A stretch of DNA of 64,000 nucleotides from Microbotryum violaceum (lineage: Eukaryota), in contig CDLV01000010.1 of NCBI GenBank assembly GCA_001244265.2, positions 310,001-374,000 of the forward strand, written 5' to 3'. A program made the translations under genes and the position numbers. How positions within the stretch are numbered: the stretch's first letter is position 1; each line of letters begins with the position of its first letter. Positions 12,361 through 25,037 of the stretch are shown piece by piece. The notes under the pieces were generated by a model. The model was not told where the DNA came from. It made no database searches and saw nothing but the letters and a program-made list of their open reading frames with translations.

Positions 12361-14293
12361 TTACGGCCTGTCCCAGATGCGCGCATGAGTATTCGTAATC
12401 AAACTTGATCTCCAGCTCAAAGCACCTAATCGATCCCACAAGAGTTTTTAAAACGAAAAAAGCGAAAACGACTCGACTCACCGTAATTCGTGCCCAACCT
12501 AGCGATAGGTGGTTGAATGTCCCCCTGATAAGTCCCCTTGGCGAACCTCTGATTTTGTTCCCAATCCAATGGTGTCTTTGGCGCGTCCTTGAACTCTTCC
12601 TTCATCTCCCTCACGAGATCGACGAGATCGTCGAGGGCTTGAGGCGAAATTTGGTGGTGGATCACGACGCGGTTCGATCCGAGGGTGATGTGACGTTCCT
12701 TGGCGCGTTCGGCGAGGTCTTGGATCGTGAACCCAATCGAGGTAGGTTGCAGCCAAAGCATGTCTGATTTTCATAGAGGGTTTCAGAGTAACGGAAGCGT
12801 CAGCTTTTCTGCTTTGGCCCCCCTCTAGCCACAGACACGACCTCCCCAAGTCTTTCAGAACTCAACTGGTCTCGACGGGCAACATCAATTGTACACCCAA
12901 ATCCGCCAACGGTTGCGCCAACCTCGACGCCATCTCATGCGTCTGCTTCAACTTGGGTAAATGGTTATCCAAGACCCAATCCGCGCACGCGGCCAAACCA
13001 CCACATTGTCGAATCCCTCCCCCAAAACACTTTCGGAACCACTTGCAACGTTCGATGAATTTTTTCGGACCGACGAGAACGGAACCTATCGGTGCTCCGA
13101 GACCTTTGGACATGCACAACGAAACCGTGTCGAACGGGCGACAGAGTTCTTCGAGCGAGGTGCCGGTCTTGGCGACGACTTCCCACATCCGAGCTCCGTC
13201 GCAGTGCATCTGTGAGTCATCTCTTTCTTTGGTCAGTGTAACCGATCTAGGTGGACCCGTAACTTGTCTGAACTCGAAAGGTGACTGACGATGATACCCT
13301 CCTTGCGCATCTTGTCCGAGATTCTGACGATCTCCTCCTGAGGGAAGACCATCCCACTCAACGTGTTCTCCAACGCGACCAACCTCGTAGGTGCCGAATG
13401 AATGTCTTCACCAAAGACGGCGTTGTTCAAGACTTCCTCCAAGGTGAGATGGTGACCGTTCGCGGGGGGTACGGCGTGGGACGAAGCTTGGGAATGGAAG
13501 GCAACGCCACCGGCTTCATAGAGGTGAACGTGAGCTCGGGCGTCGAGGATGATCGAGTGCGGCGGTTGGGTCAGGTGGGATCGAATCGCCAATTGGTTCG
13601 TCTGTGTCGATCAGAGTGGGAACAGTTCGGGATCACCTCTTCTTTTTCTGGCCCTTGCTCCAATCGGGACATACCATCGTACCCGAAACACAGAACAAGC
13701 CCGCTTCCTTGCCCGCCAACTTGGCCACGCGATCCTGAAGATCGTTCGTGGCTTGGTCCTCCTTTTGACAAAAACGGATCGAGGCCTGTCAGCCGTACAC
13801 CCACCGACGGACGCGCACACACCACACGAGCTCGCGAACGATCCCATCCATCCCGGCTCGGCCTCCGCTGCTGGCGCCACTCACGCCATAGACATCATCA
13901 CCCCTCGAGGCCTCCTTCATCAGATCAAACATGTCATCGGTCGGGATCGTGATGGTGTCCCTGTTGTAAGCAACGTAATTGGATTCGTTCCATTAATTGA
14001 GGTAGATCCGAGGTTGATTTTGATTTTTCGGACGAGTCCGTCGATCGAGTCAAAAAAGGCGCGCGCGCGTATGGACCCGTTCGTGTCGCGCGGACGCGGT
14101 AAAACGATTGATCAGCTCAGCAAGTGGGATACGGATACGCAAGCACACTTTGGAGATGACCATGAGCCACGAGTCTTGCAGCGAGTATCACATCCTCAGT
14201 AAAAGTGGTGGTGGTGGGGACTTACGTCCTGAAATCCCTCGAGATCTGCTTCAATTTGAGCTCATTGGCTTGCTTGCTCGACACTTGGGTCAT
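12361..14293 (-). CDS. GLY1: Low-specificity L-threonine aldolase; last exon and stop approximate
   Basis: DFRTDTIT.PT, RGDDVYG, HVHLYEAGG, LVALENTLSG, MHCDGARMW, PLP lysine motif CMSKGLGAPIGS, GGGIRQCG. Confidence 0.93.
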
Positions 14294-14885
14294 GCTGAAC
14301 GATCGAAACGAGAGACTGTACGGGAATGTAGAGGGTTTGAAACCTTGTCGAGTGGTCAAGAATTGATGAAGACTCGCTCGACCCAAAAGTGCGAGCGACG
14401 AAATAGTGGATAGTAGTGCAGCTGAGAGCTGAGAGCTGCGAGGGAGGTGTGGAGGGCGTTGAGATGACGAAGAAGAGACATGTCGAGCTCGGTCTCGGCT
14501 CGGGAAAATCGTCTTCTTGGCTGCCCCCCGGCTCTGCGCGCGATCGGACCGACGGCTGACAGTCGGCGGGGCGGGTGGGCTCCTGCTCGGGGTTCTTATT
14601 TCATGGTCAGATTGGGGCGGGGCCGACTTTGTTGACCCAGCTTGGCTTCAATTAAGGGTGATCACAAACTGAATTCGAGCTCCGGGGCTCCACATGTTCC
14701 CGTAGACTCAAAAATCCCCGACCGCGCGCTTCGACTCGGTAATTCGCGGCAACTTGAAGTTAGGGGTCGGGGGTCTCCTGCTCAACTCGGTGCACACGTC
14801 TAGGGTCTAAGGCACCCTGAAAAACATCTTTCAAACGTGTTCTAAAAATGCAGCATAATGTCCCTCCGCTGTGATTTTTTACCTT

Positions 14886-16630
14886 CTATAACAACGTCTC
14901 GCCCAACGCGCAACGCACGAGCGATCGCCCGACCGAGATGGTTTGTGCGACCGAAAGGTCGTCCCCAAGAGAAGGGTTCACTTCCTATTATCGACGAAAC
15001 GTTGACGAGATATGTCAGTTCATACAGTGAGAAATATGGAAAAAAGAGTGCTGGGGGTGACGAACCATAAGATCGAGAGAAACGAGGTTGCCCGTCTCGG
15101 CGAGAGCTGATGGGAGACCACGGGTGTGCAAGTCAGTAAACCGAGTGTCGCGAAGGTCTCTAGTTGCTGGATAGAACTGACCTTCGCAGATGTAATGTCC
15201 CTCTCGGAAAGTCAAACCGCCGCGAACCTGCATACGCGCAAAAAGAACACCACCGCATCAGTCCCACGCGCTCTCAGAAAATAGGAGCGAGGTGCAAACT
15301 CACCGCCGTTCCGGTCGAAGGCGCAACCTCGGGATCCATCGCGTCGACATCGAACGAAAGGTGCAGAGGTCGGTCCCGACCGACGTGCTCCAGAGCCATG
15401 TCGACGACTTTACCAATGCCGTACTTGTCGACGTGGAACATGGAGAAGCATTTGATGTCTAGACAGAGCGTCACAAAAGGAGATCAGCCACACCTCGCTC
15501 GAATGACCATGTACGTTGACCGAGCTTACTATTCTCCTTCAAGATCTTGCGTTCACCCGAATCGATATCCCTCAATCCGATGTAGACGATTCGGCTCGGC
15601 TTGAGCACGGGCTTGCACCACCCAAACTCGGGTATTTCTCGGGGTGAAGTACCGGGGAGGCCCATCAAGAACGAGACGGGGCAACCGTGGAGGTTACCGC
15701 TCGGCGTGGTCAAGGGAGTGTTGATATCCTGTAGGGAGGAAAGTTGTTGAGTCGTGATATGCGAAGACGTTCGATGGGCTCTACTGACTTACGGCGTGAG
15801 CATCGATCCAGATCAAGGCGGCTTCGGGATAGGCTCGGAAAGTGCCCGAGACGGTACCCATGGCCTGCAGGATAGAAGTACTCGATCAGCTTACTTTCCT
15901 CAGATTTGATAACAGAGTATACCAGCCTACCAGAGAGTGATCACCACCGAGGGTGACCGTCAGGTGGCCTTTGCTGGCATGGGCGAAAACCTTGTCGGCG
16001 AGCTCTTGGGTGACCTGGAAGTGAAGCTCATCATTGATGAGTTGATCCGACAGTGATCGCATTTTTCGGCAAGAGTTTTCCACTCCTACTTTGGATACCA
16101 ATCGGGGTTTTTTAAGGATCCCAATGTCCGGATCGGGTTGGTCGGACGTCAACGAGGTCGCGAGCGAGTCGGCGCCTTCGAATTCGACATGGTATCCGAG
16201 GGTCTGGCAGGTAAGGGTGTATCGATGATTAGTGTCGTACACCGAGCAGAGACTAAATTCAGTCAAGAGCTGACCTTGATGTCATCGAGCAAACCGGCTT
16301 CGATCAGTTGACGAGGTCCGGTCTGTGGTGAAGATGGCGAAACGTCCGTTGGGTTCGTTAGCTCATCGACGATTCGTGGCTAGGGAAGGGATGTTTGGGG
16401 AAGTAAGGCTCACATCGACGCCTTCTTTGGGTTGTCCACCACTGTATGATTTGTAGCTCAGCAAGTGGTGTACCCGATCAGCTCCAGCTCCACGCAGCAG
16501 CCAGCCCTGCGCGTTGTCAAATCGAACGCCGGAAGAACAAAAGCCTGTAGGGTCGATGTACTACTGACCTGAAAGGGCATCCGACGATCCCAGCCGTCAA
16601 AGGCGATTTCAGAAAGTTGTGGGTTGACAT
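14886..16630 (-). CDS. CAR1: Arginase
   Basis: [72 protein letters not shown]-terminal ALGETLL*. Many introns. Confidence 0.96.
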
Positions 16631-16990
16631 GATGCAAGGAAAGAGGATCGAGTGAGCTAAGGAGGGATGGAGAAGGAGGTCAAGGTCAAGCCGAGCGGGT
16701 GAGTGCGAGAGAGGAATGAGAGAAAGCACATCCGAGCTATCCGAGCTATGCCGAGCTTGCCGCAACGTCAGCGACGGAGCCGACAGGCGACAGACTGCCG
16801 ACACGGCCACAGGGAGCGACGGGCCTGCAAAGAAACGCCGCGGCGAGTTCGCGCGGACCGCAGCGCGCCCAGCGGCCCAGCGAGAGGCCTGTTTCGAGCT
16901 GCCGCTATGACCTCTCGCGCGTCTCCCCTCTTCCGGATCCCCCCTGCACACCATCACCACCGACCTCCACCCCATCGTTCCTTGCCCACC

Positions 16991-18141
16991 ATGTCAGGAA
17001 TGGACGTTGATAACCCATCCGGTACGTCTCCTCGACCTAGATCGTGTTGTCGACCGTTATAGCTGACTTGGTCACCTCCTGGCGCTCCCCCTTTGCAGAC
17101 GGCGTCGAACGCAAGGGTCGTGGATTTGCGAGTAGACCGGCTGGTACGTACGAATGTGGACATTGTTTCGGATAGCTCTTGAGGGGGGGGGAGATGTGCT
17201 TGAGGAGTCGGGGATGTAGGACCCACGCGTGCTCGTGCTCGTGATGATCAAAGACTCCCGTCGTGGCCGTCCTCAACCCGCCTCGCAGGACGCTGCACCT
17301 CCCCCTCACCACCACGACGACTTTGCATCATACCGCTCCCAATGAACTGATGTCTTGTTTCTACTCACTTCCAATAGATACGGACGTGGGTGTCGTGGCA
17401 GGGTATGAGACCATCCGCGCGGATCGAAGTTCGGCCGATCGAGCCCAACGATGTACGTCACACACACACACACACACCACACCATAACCTAGGACACAAA
17501 CTAATCCCCCCCTTTTGCTACCACCTCTGTACAACGTCTCACTACCCCCTCGGCAAACTCTCCCTCTCCCCTCCTTGCTCCTCCTCGACGACACACCCAC
17601 CCTCCCTTTCAACCCACCAGCTATCGAAGGATGGATCATCATCGTGCGCAACCTCCACGAAGAAGCAACCGAAGAGGACCTGCAGGACAAATTTGGTGAC
17701 TATGGCGAGATCAAGAACCTGCACCTCAACTTGGACCGAAGGACCGGATTTGTGAAAGTACGTCCCTTTGCACCGTAGGACGGAGGGGATCTTCACACGG
17801 GACCAGGAACTGATTCTTTGATTAATTGGTTTCTGTTGGTGGGTAGGGTTACGCGCTGATCGAATACGCAGAGAAGAAGGAAGCGCTCGACGCGATCAAG
17901 TTGGCTTCGGGGACCGAGTTGCTAGAAATGGAGTTGAACGTCGATTTCGCGTTCAGTCAACCCCCTGCTAGGTACACCCACCGAAAGAGATCGATCATCT
18001 ACAATGTGGGGATCCATGGACTGATAGAAATTGCTTGTTGTGATATTTTCTAGTCAAGCACCTATCAAAGCGGACCCAAGGAGTCGAGGCAGGAGTCAGA
18101 GCCCACCGCGTCGAAAGCCGCTCGTCACCAGGATCGACTAG
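16991..18141 (+). CDS. RBM8A: Exon-junction complex RNA-binding protein Y14
   Basis: [65 protein letters not shown]-rich tail. Multi-exon. Confidence 0.95.
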
Positions 18142-18455
18142 ATTTCCCTTTCATTATCGGGACCATCGAGGGGAAAGCTCATGAAAGAAGAAGAAATGCT
18201 CGACCAGAGGTAGCTGTGCTTGGGATAGATGGAGGAGAACAAGTGAATGCTTTTTTGTATACGTACTGCGGGAGGCGAGAGAGACGAGGAACGTCACACG
18301 AACGTAGAGAAAGGCCGCTTTTGTAATACAAATCACCATCGACAAATCAATGGCGACAGAGAAAAGACAAATTTTGCTACTTTGATGTGACCTGTATCAC
18401 AAATTCCCGTTATGGATTTCGGCAAAGACGAGTCGAGTCATACGCTGAAGAAGTT

Positions 18456-20152
18456 CTACGAGTACATGTTGTTGTTGTTACCCCCACTTCCTGCGCCTCC
18501 TGCACCCCCACCTCCCATCGAGCGACCAAACTGTTCGGCCATTTGACGCATCGTAGGATCCGACATCAGCTGAGAGAGAGGGAGCCAAAGTCGACAAGGG
18601 GTCAGTTTGGAGCGGATGAATCTTGTGAAATTGAAAAGACTTACGGCGTTGATGTCGGGCATTCCACCACCTGCTCCTCCGGCACCTTCCATCATACTCC
18701 TCATAGCGGGGTTCGACATCAGGCTGCGCCGACAACAGAAAAGAACAAATCAGCGCGATGGTTCCTCACGTGTATAAGGCTGGTGAAAAAACGCACCGCT
18801 CAAGACCACCGTTCTGCATCATTTGCGACGCCCTGTGAAATCGGTAGGCATACGAGAAATGAAAGCCGTTCAGCAACAACGGCGTTGGAGGGCTTTTCTT
18901 TCAGGACTGAAACGACGCACATGTTCATGATCGCCGGGTTGTTCATCAACGAAGCCAAGTCGGGCATACCTCCACCCATACCGGGGAAGCCGGGGATCCC
19001 TCCTGCACCTCCACCGGGAGCACCTCGAGTTGCCGCAGCAGACGAGGAAGCCTCCTCCTCATCATCGTCGCCATCGTCAGCTGAGTTCGTCGGGAGGCGT
19101 GACTTTGCCGTTGCGAGGGACGACTTCATCACCGCATTCTGTGTAGGTCAAGATCAGCGACTGTCAATCCACCTGCCTGGACAGTTTCAATAGCCCTCGA
19201 ACGCTGGCACAAACATTAGGGTCCAATTCGAGGCCTTTCCCATACGCTCCAACCGCATCCTCGTACTCGCCCGAACTGAACAACGCATGCCCCAACCTCG
19301 AATAAGCCTTGGAGAAGCTCGCATCGATCTTGATCGCCTGTCGAGCATCCTCGATCGCTGAAGCGTGGTCCTGCAATTGCGAGTAGGCCGCAGCCCTGTT
19401 GGACCAATAGACGGCGTTGTTGGGGTCGTGGGAGATCGCTTCTCCGTAGGCTTTGATCGCTTCGTCGTATTTCTTGGCGGCCATCAATTGATTGCCCGAG
19501 GATTTGGCCTTCTCGGCTGCGACCTTGTCAGCGGCCGAAACGGTCTTCTTTTCGTTTGAGCTCGTCGAGGAGGAAGCTTCAGCGGAAGAGGTCTGGTCCG
19601 TGCGAAAAGAAGAAAGAAAAAAGAAAAAAAGACGTCGCAGTAAGCTCTCCCGATCTTTTGAGACAAGCACGCCCCCCCCCCCCCAGTTCACAAACTGACC
19701 GATTTGGCAGAGGTCGCGGCGTGCTTCTCCAATACACTGACGAGCGTCTCGGGTGCGATCGCGTACGCCTTGCTGTCCGAGTCCGAGTCCAAGTCGACAC
19801 CGAAGGCTTCAGAGATGCATTGGCCTGGTGTAGTAGGACGAACCAAGGGGAGATGTTCAAATGGCGACGTGGGGTGGCGCAAGTGGTCGGGCAATGACGT
19901 GTGTGGGAGAGGCCGGGACGATAGCCGGGAGCGCAGATTCGACGCAACGAATATACAGTCGAAGTGAAAGTTGGACAACTCGAGATAGTCAGCTGAATGT
20001 GCTCTTCCACCAAGCTTATGACCGCGTGTTCAGACTCAACTGGCAACTTCGATTCCTTCGGCGTCGTCAGCGCGGATCGAGCCGTCCTGCGTCGACGAGC
20101 GCAAGAACTGCAACACCGCGAAAGCGGCCCGTTTGGTCGAGTTTGTAGACAT
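18456..20152 (-). CDS. SGT2: Small glutamine-rich TPR co-chaperone Sgt2/SGTA
   Basis: N-terminal AFAVLQFL...QCISEAFGVD; TPR repeats AEKAKSSGNQLM...AVYWSNRAAAY...KAYSRLGHALF; Gly/Met-rich C-terminus DLASLMNNP, LMSDPTMRQMA. Confidence 0.94.
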
Positions 20153-20536
20153 GATGATCAGAAACGGAGTGCGGTGGTGTGGGCAAGGTCAAGTGGGGTG
20201 TAGAGGGGAGAAGGGAAGCGAGATCTAGAATCTCTTGGCAAGTTGGCCCACCTCGTCGGCTTGTGAAATAAATGCCCGAGCACAAGCGCACTCCCACCAC
20301 TTGGACCTTCTTTGAGCTTCCACCGACAACACTTCGACACGTCGAAATGTTCCACAGAGTCAAGTAGTTTGAGGTTACATGGGGATATCAAATCGAAAGC
20401 AATAGCGATGCTGCAACATAATGTTCCTACATCGAAAACAAACGCGTACAAGCGATGTACATGAGGCTCACGAACGCGTGAGGTGGGGCAGTCACTGCTA
20501 GACTCGGAGTCGCCATCATCGGTCGTCGCCGCCCGT

Positions 20537-23500
20537 CTAAGCCATAGCCATCGCCAAGTCTTTCTGTGAACGTTCCAAATTGCAACGACAAACGCGTGTG
20601 TGTCAGAGACCTTTCTCCGCCAGCCTCAACGCAGGGAAATCTTACGAAAAACTTGTCCAAATCGTCCTTGCGCACCTCGATCACGCTCGCTTCGAAAGCG
20701 TTATGCCGAGTCGACGCGCCCGAGGCATGCGCAGCGCGTTCAAAAGCCATCCCAAAAGCGCTGTGGAAGACTCGGCAATACTCAGCAAAATGTTCTCGTC
20801 CTGGGTTCTGGACCAGAGGCACCCACTTCTTCTTCACGTCCCCATACTCGGGTGCGCCGACGATACCCACGACGAGGAACGCGTCACTGGCTTCGTTCAA
20901 ACTCGCCAATACGAACGGTAAAGGTTTGGGCCGTTTCCCGGTCGCCGTTTTGCTCGCGACCAGGTCCCGAACCGCATCGACGAGCCAGACGGCCAATCGT
21001 AACAGCGTCGAAGGGTGACGGAAGACGGCGAGATCGGGGCCTTCTTTGATGACGGCGAAACGGAAAGCGCGTAGGGATTGAATCGATTGCTTCTCGAGGA
21101 TGTAGCCTCCTTGGTCCATTACGGCTCGGTGCAGAGCCATCGAGAGGGGCAAGGCCGAACGCAGGAGGATCGTACTGAACCAAGACGAGAAGAAGATGAG
21201 CAAGGTGGATCCGAAAAGCAAATTCTCAAAAGATGCTCGCACTCACTCGACGGCCAACGCATCCCAAGCGAGCCAAAAGTTCCTCAACGCCCAATCCTTC
21301 TCCATCCTTGCCTTCTTGTCCATCTCACTTTCCTCATCCTCTTCCTCCGTAGCAGCGCCATCCGGTCTTCGGTTCTCCTTATCGCCTGCCCCCATCCTCC
21401 TCACCACTTGCCCGTGTGCCTCGCCCTTGCCAACCCAACTCTTTAACCCTTCGCTCCATTCCTCTCTCCCGCCGTTCTCTCGAGCCGCTTCGTGCCCACC
21501 AAGAACGATCCCCCTTCTCCCCCCTACAGCGTTCCCAAAGTTCAACCTCACCCCCGTAGCAACCTCTAACAAAGCCCCAAGTGCTTCAACCGCATCGGCG
21601 GCCGAGATGTCGGTCCGATACCCCGATTTGCGTACGAACGAAGGCACGATCAAGTCGTGTAGGCCGTATTCGGGCGCGAGGTTCTCAATCTTACCAAAGA
21701 GGGAGGCTTTGAGGTCGGTCGCCATGTGTTGGTACGTCTCGCTTGATTCGGAGAGTGGGCATCTGCAGCGTGAAGGGGACCGAAGAGTGAGTGAAGGTTC
21801 GGTTCGGGTTCGGGGCGAACCGCTTCGCTCTTCGCAAGACCGACTCACCCCATCTTGGCCAACATCCCACTCAAGTTCTTCCTTCCTTTCTCTGTCCACA
21901 ACTTCATCCGACTCCCCAGATACCCCGAGTGGTACATCGAGTCGTACAAGTTCCAATGACGAAACAAGCAGAACCTGATCTCCTCGCTCGGTCGAATACT
22001 CCGATCGTTCGGCCCCGTACTGGCCAACGCATCCCCCGAACGGGTCGCCAAGGACGCAACGTTCGTCGAAAGACGCGCAACTTCGTCCGCTAGTAAGGAG
22101 ACATAGCCTTCGTAGCGATCTCGGTCGATCGCGTTGGTCGAGAATTGGTGCGCGAGGCCTAGGATCGCGAGCCAAACCGCGTCGGTGTCGGCTCGTTCGA
22201 GCAGGACCGCAAGGACGAAGACTTGACCGGCGACGGATTGGCCGAAAAAGGTACCAGCTGTGTAGTACTTGTCGATACGCGCTCGGAACCGCCTTCGCTG
22301 GGTTTTACTCAGGGCTTGTGGCTGTGGAATGAAACGCCATTTCAGTCTCATATACCGAAAAACGACGGTGGTTTCAATTTTGCTCACCTCTTGGGATGTC
22401 CGCCTGCGCTTGCCGATCCGGTTTCCGTCTTCATCCTCTTCCTGATCCTCATCAGAATCTGTTCCGGATCGATTCCGTCTTCGGTTCCTGGCGTACTCGT
22501 CGTCCGAGTCGTCGTCGTCGTCAGAGTCGCTGTCCGATTCGGGTTCGTACTGCGCAAGACAGAAGCAGGACTAGGTCAGCCAAAAACGAGTCTCTCGAAT
22601 TGAAAGCAAAGCCGTGGGGGCCGGGGGGCCGCAACTGACCAGTAGAGCTTCCCAGGCCTCCTTCTCGCCTTCGCGACTATCATCATTCTCGGCATCACTC
22701 CACACAACGATGTTGAATTCGGGCGGGGGCAAATTGCCATCTAACCGAGCTTTACCCCTGCTTCTCCTCAGGTCGAAGAGGGCGCTCGCGTAGGTGGTCG
22801 TGCGAAAGAGGTTGGCCAAGTTGATGGGTCGGTGCGAGTCGATGACGTGCACGAGGCAGGTGTCGGGGAGGAACTCTTCAAAGTAGTCGTACAGGTCGAC
22901 GAGCGCGCCGAGGTTGAGCAGGACTAGCGATCGGACCTGCAAAATGCCGAATGACGGACGTTAGCCTTCTACTTTTTGCAACACTGTACGAGATGTGATA
23001 GTCGATCTTCGAAAAAGTAGCCCCCATGCGATAATGCGCGCATGAGGATTGGTTTGAGGATTCGGCGCGCCGCGACGCGTGCTTGCGGTACCGAGATGCG
23101 CCGTGGTGCGGTGCGCGTCGAGTCGCGACAGCGAGCGCCGAGTAGCTGAACCCGAGTAGCTGAACCCGACCAGGGGGGAAACATCCATGTACACCGTAAG
23201 ATGAAGCAAAAGAGAACTGACCGTTTCACCCTGCAATCGTTCCCGAACATGCTCCAGGTCGCTCCAACTTCCGACGGGGATGATGGTGTTGACAACATCG
23301 TCCGTCTTGAGCAAATCACTGAGCAATCGCGCGGCGCACAACGCATCGACGTCGGGCGAGACGAGCAAAAAGGTCGTGGCTGAGCTCGCACCGCGTGCCC
23401 TTGAGACGATCGATCGATAAGCGGTTGGGTAGAGCGTCGACGGGATGTACACTGGAGGAATCGTCAGAGTGGAGATACGGCGCGTGGGCGGTGGTGGAAG

Positions 23501-23572
23501 CAGTCGCGTGAGCTTGAGCAAGAGCATGAGCATCGCGCCGAGTGTCGATCGAGAGGATCGTTGCAACTCACT
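20537..23572 (-). CDS. CDC45: DNA replication initiation factor Cdc45
   Basis: LVSPDVDALCAARLL, VHVIDSHRPINLANLF, LFRHWNLYDSMYHSGY, MLAKMG, ISAADAVEAL, FRHPSTLLRLAVWL. Start appears as A|TG across intron 23452-23571. Confidence 0.95.
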
Positions 23573-24044
23573 TTTGGGTGCAGCCGCGACACGTTAGTGG
23601 CCCTGTCGACGCCACGCTTATTGACCGCTTATTGACACTGTCGCCGTCGTATGGGGGCCAGAGGTAGAAGAAGACGAGCTGCCAGACGAGGTGCAAGTCG
23701 GCGGCGACTTCAACATCGAGCCAAGATCGTCGGCCGTGAAGCGCGTGAAGCGCGCGCCGGTCCGGCAGTTTGCACTTTTGACAATTACGAAGCCTAAGCC
23801 TTCTGATGCATCCCTTTGGCCGTCTCGCACGAGTCCTACACTACCCAGTGTGCTTAACATCTCCTCGTTTGTTCCATTTTTTCGGGATTAGAACAATTAG
23901 ACTGTGACTGAAAGTTTTCAGCTAAAAAAAAATTGGACTGTCAGTGGTGAGCGACGTGTGTGCAGTGGCAGACATTTCAGTAAGTCAGAGGTTACCGAGC
24001 ATGATCAGCGGAAATTGCTGAACAACCATTTCTACTGACCAACA

Positions 24045-25030
24045 GCATCTCTGCCACTCGTTCGCAACGCAGTGTTGACGACAGTGGCTCCTATTCAAGC
24101 TCGTGCGACCGATCACTGTGCGACCGGTGCCCACAACCCCACTCGAGACGTCGCCGCAGATTCGCGGATTCCGCCCGAGATCCTGGATCAGACATTCTCC
24201 GGAATACACTTGGCTCACCCCGTCTTGCGCCGTTAATAGCTATGGTCCACTGCATCTGGTTGACCGCTGCACAACTCGGACTCGGAGTTCAAGTTGCCTG
24301 TAGTAAGCACCGCTAAATTGCCTTGCGCATCTGGGAAGGGTAAGCACGAATCAACTCCCATTCTGTTCAAATTAGTTCTCCACCAGTGCATCAAGCTTAC
24401 TGGGCGGTAAAAGCCGGTTCAGGTGCTCGTTGGCAAGCAGCTTGAAAGACCTGATGAAGGTGTTCGGATTCAGGGGGAGCGCCCGTGACGAAATGTCAAG
24501 GACCGCAGACGCCGCACCGTCGCTCTACTGCACGGACTCAACACCGGAGGTCAGTTTCCCGTCCCATGAGGGAATGGGGTCAGCTAAGCTAGGTATGCTA
24601 AATACCTGGCTATATCTACGCTCTTGAGAGGAGATCAGCAGGTTGGTCCCCATCTGCCCCGGTAAGCTGAAGAGTACTACCGCGGCCTTGAAGACTCGGC
24701 TGCCGGTTCCCGTCTTTCGGCCCGTACGAGCTGACGCCATCCTTGCCAATTTAGGTGACCCAGATCAAGGGTATTCGACCTCCTGTTGAAGCGTCTCGCC
24801 TGTTGGGACCTGATACTTCCCAATCCGTCCCGAGGAACGTGCTTCCGCAGTACGTTCACCCCCGAGCCGCCATCAGCGCCAATTTTCCAAAGTGCGAGTG
24901 GGTTTCGATCCCCGGCAGATTCCATTCGGTTCAACCTTAGAAAGCGTAGGCACGAGAAAAACATCTTGTACTTCAAATCGCAACTAACAGAAACAGAGCT
25001 CATCCCAACTACAGCCTTTCCACCCTCTAC
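24045..25030 (+). pseudogene. Possible degenerate F-box-like gene relic
   Basis: After a GTAAGT...CTGAC...CAG intron-like unit the frame reads DSRIPPEILDQTF (F-box-like), then tandem stops and fragmented ORFs. Confidence 0.25.
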
Positions 25031-25037
25031 CACCCAT

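Noticed and set aside
13961-14225. Long first intron of threonine aldolase as a snoRNA host
   Set aside because: No convincing paired C/D or H/ACA boxes by eye; a covariance-model search would be needed.
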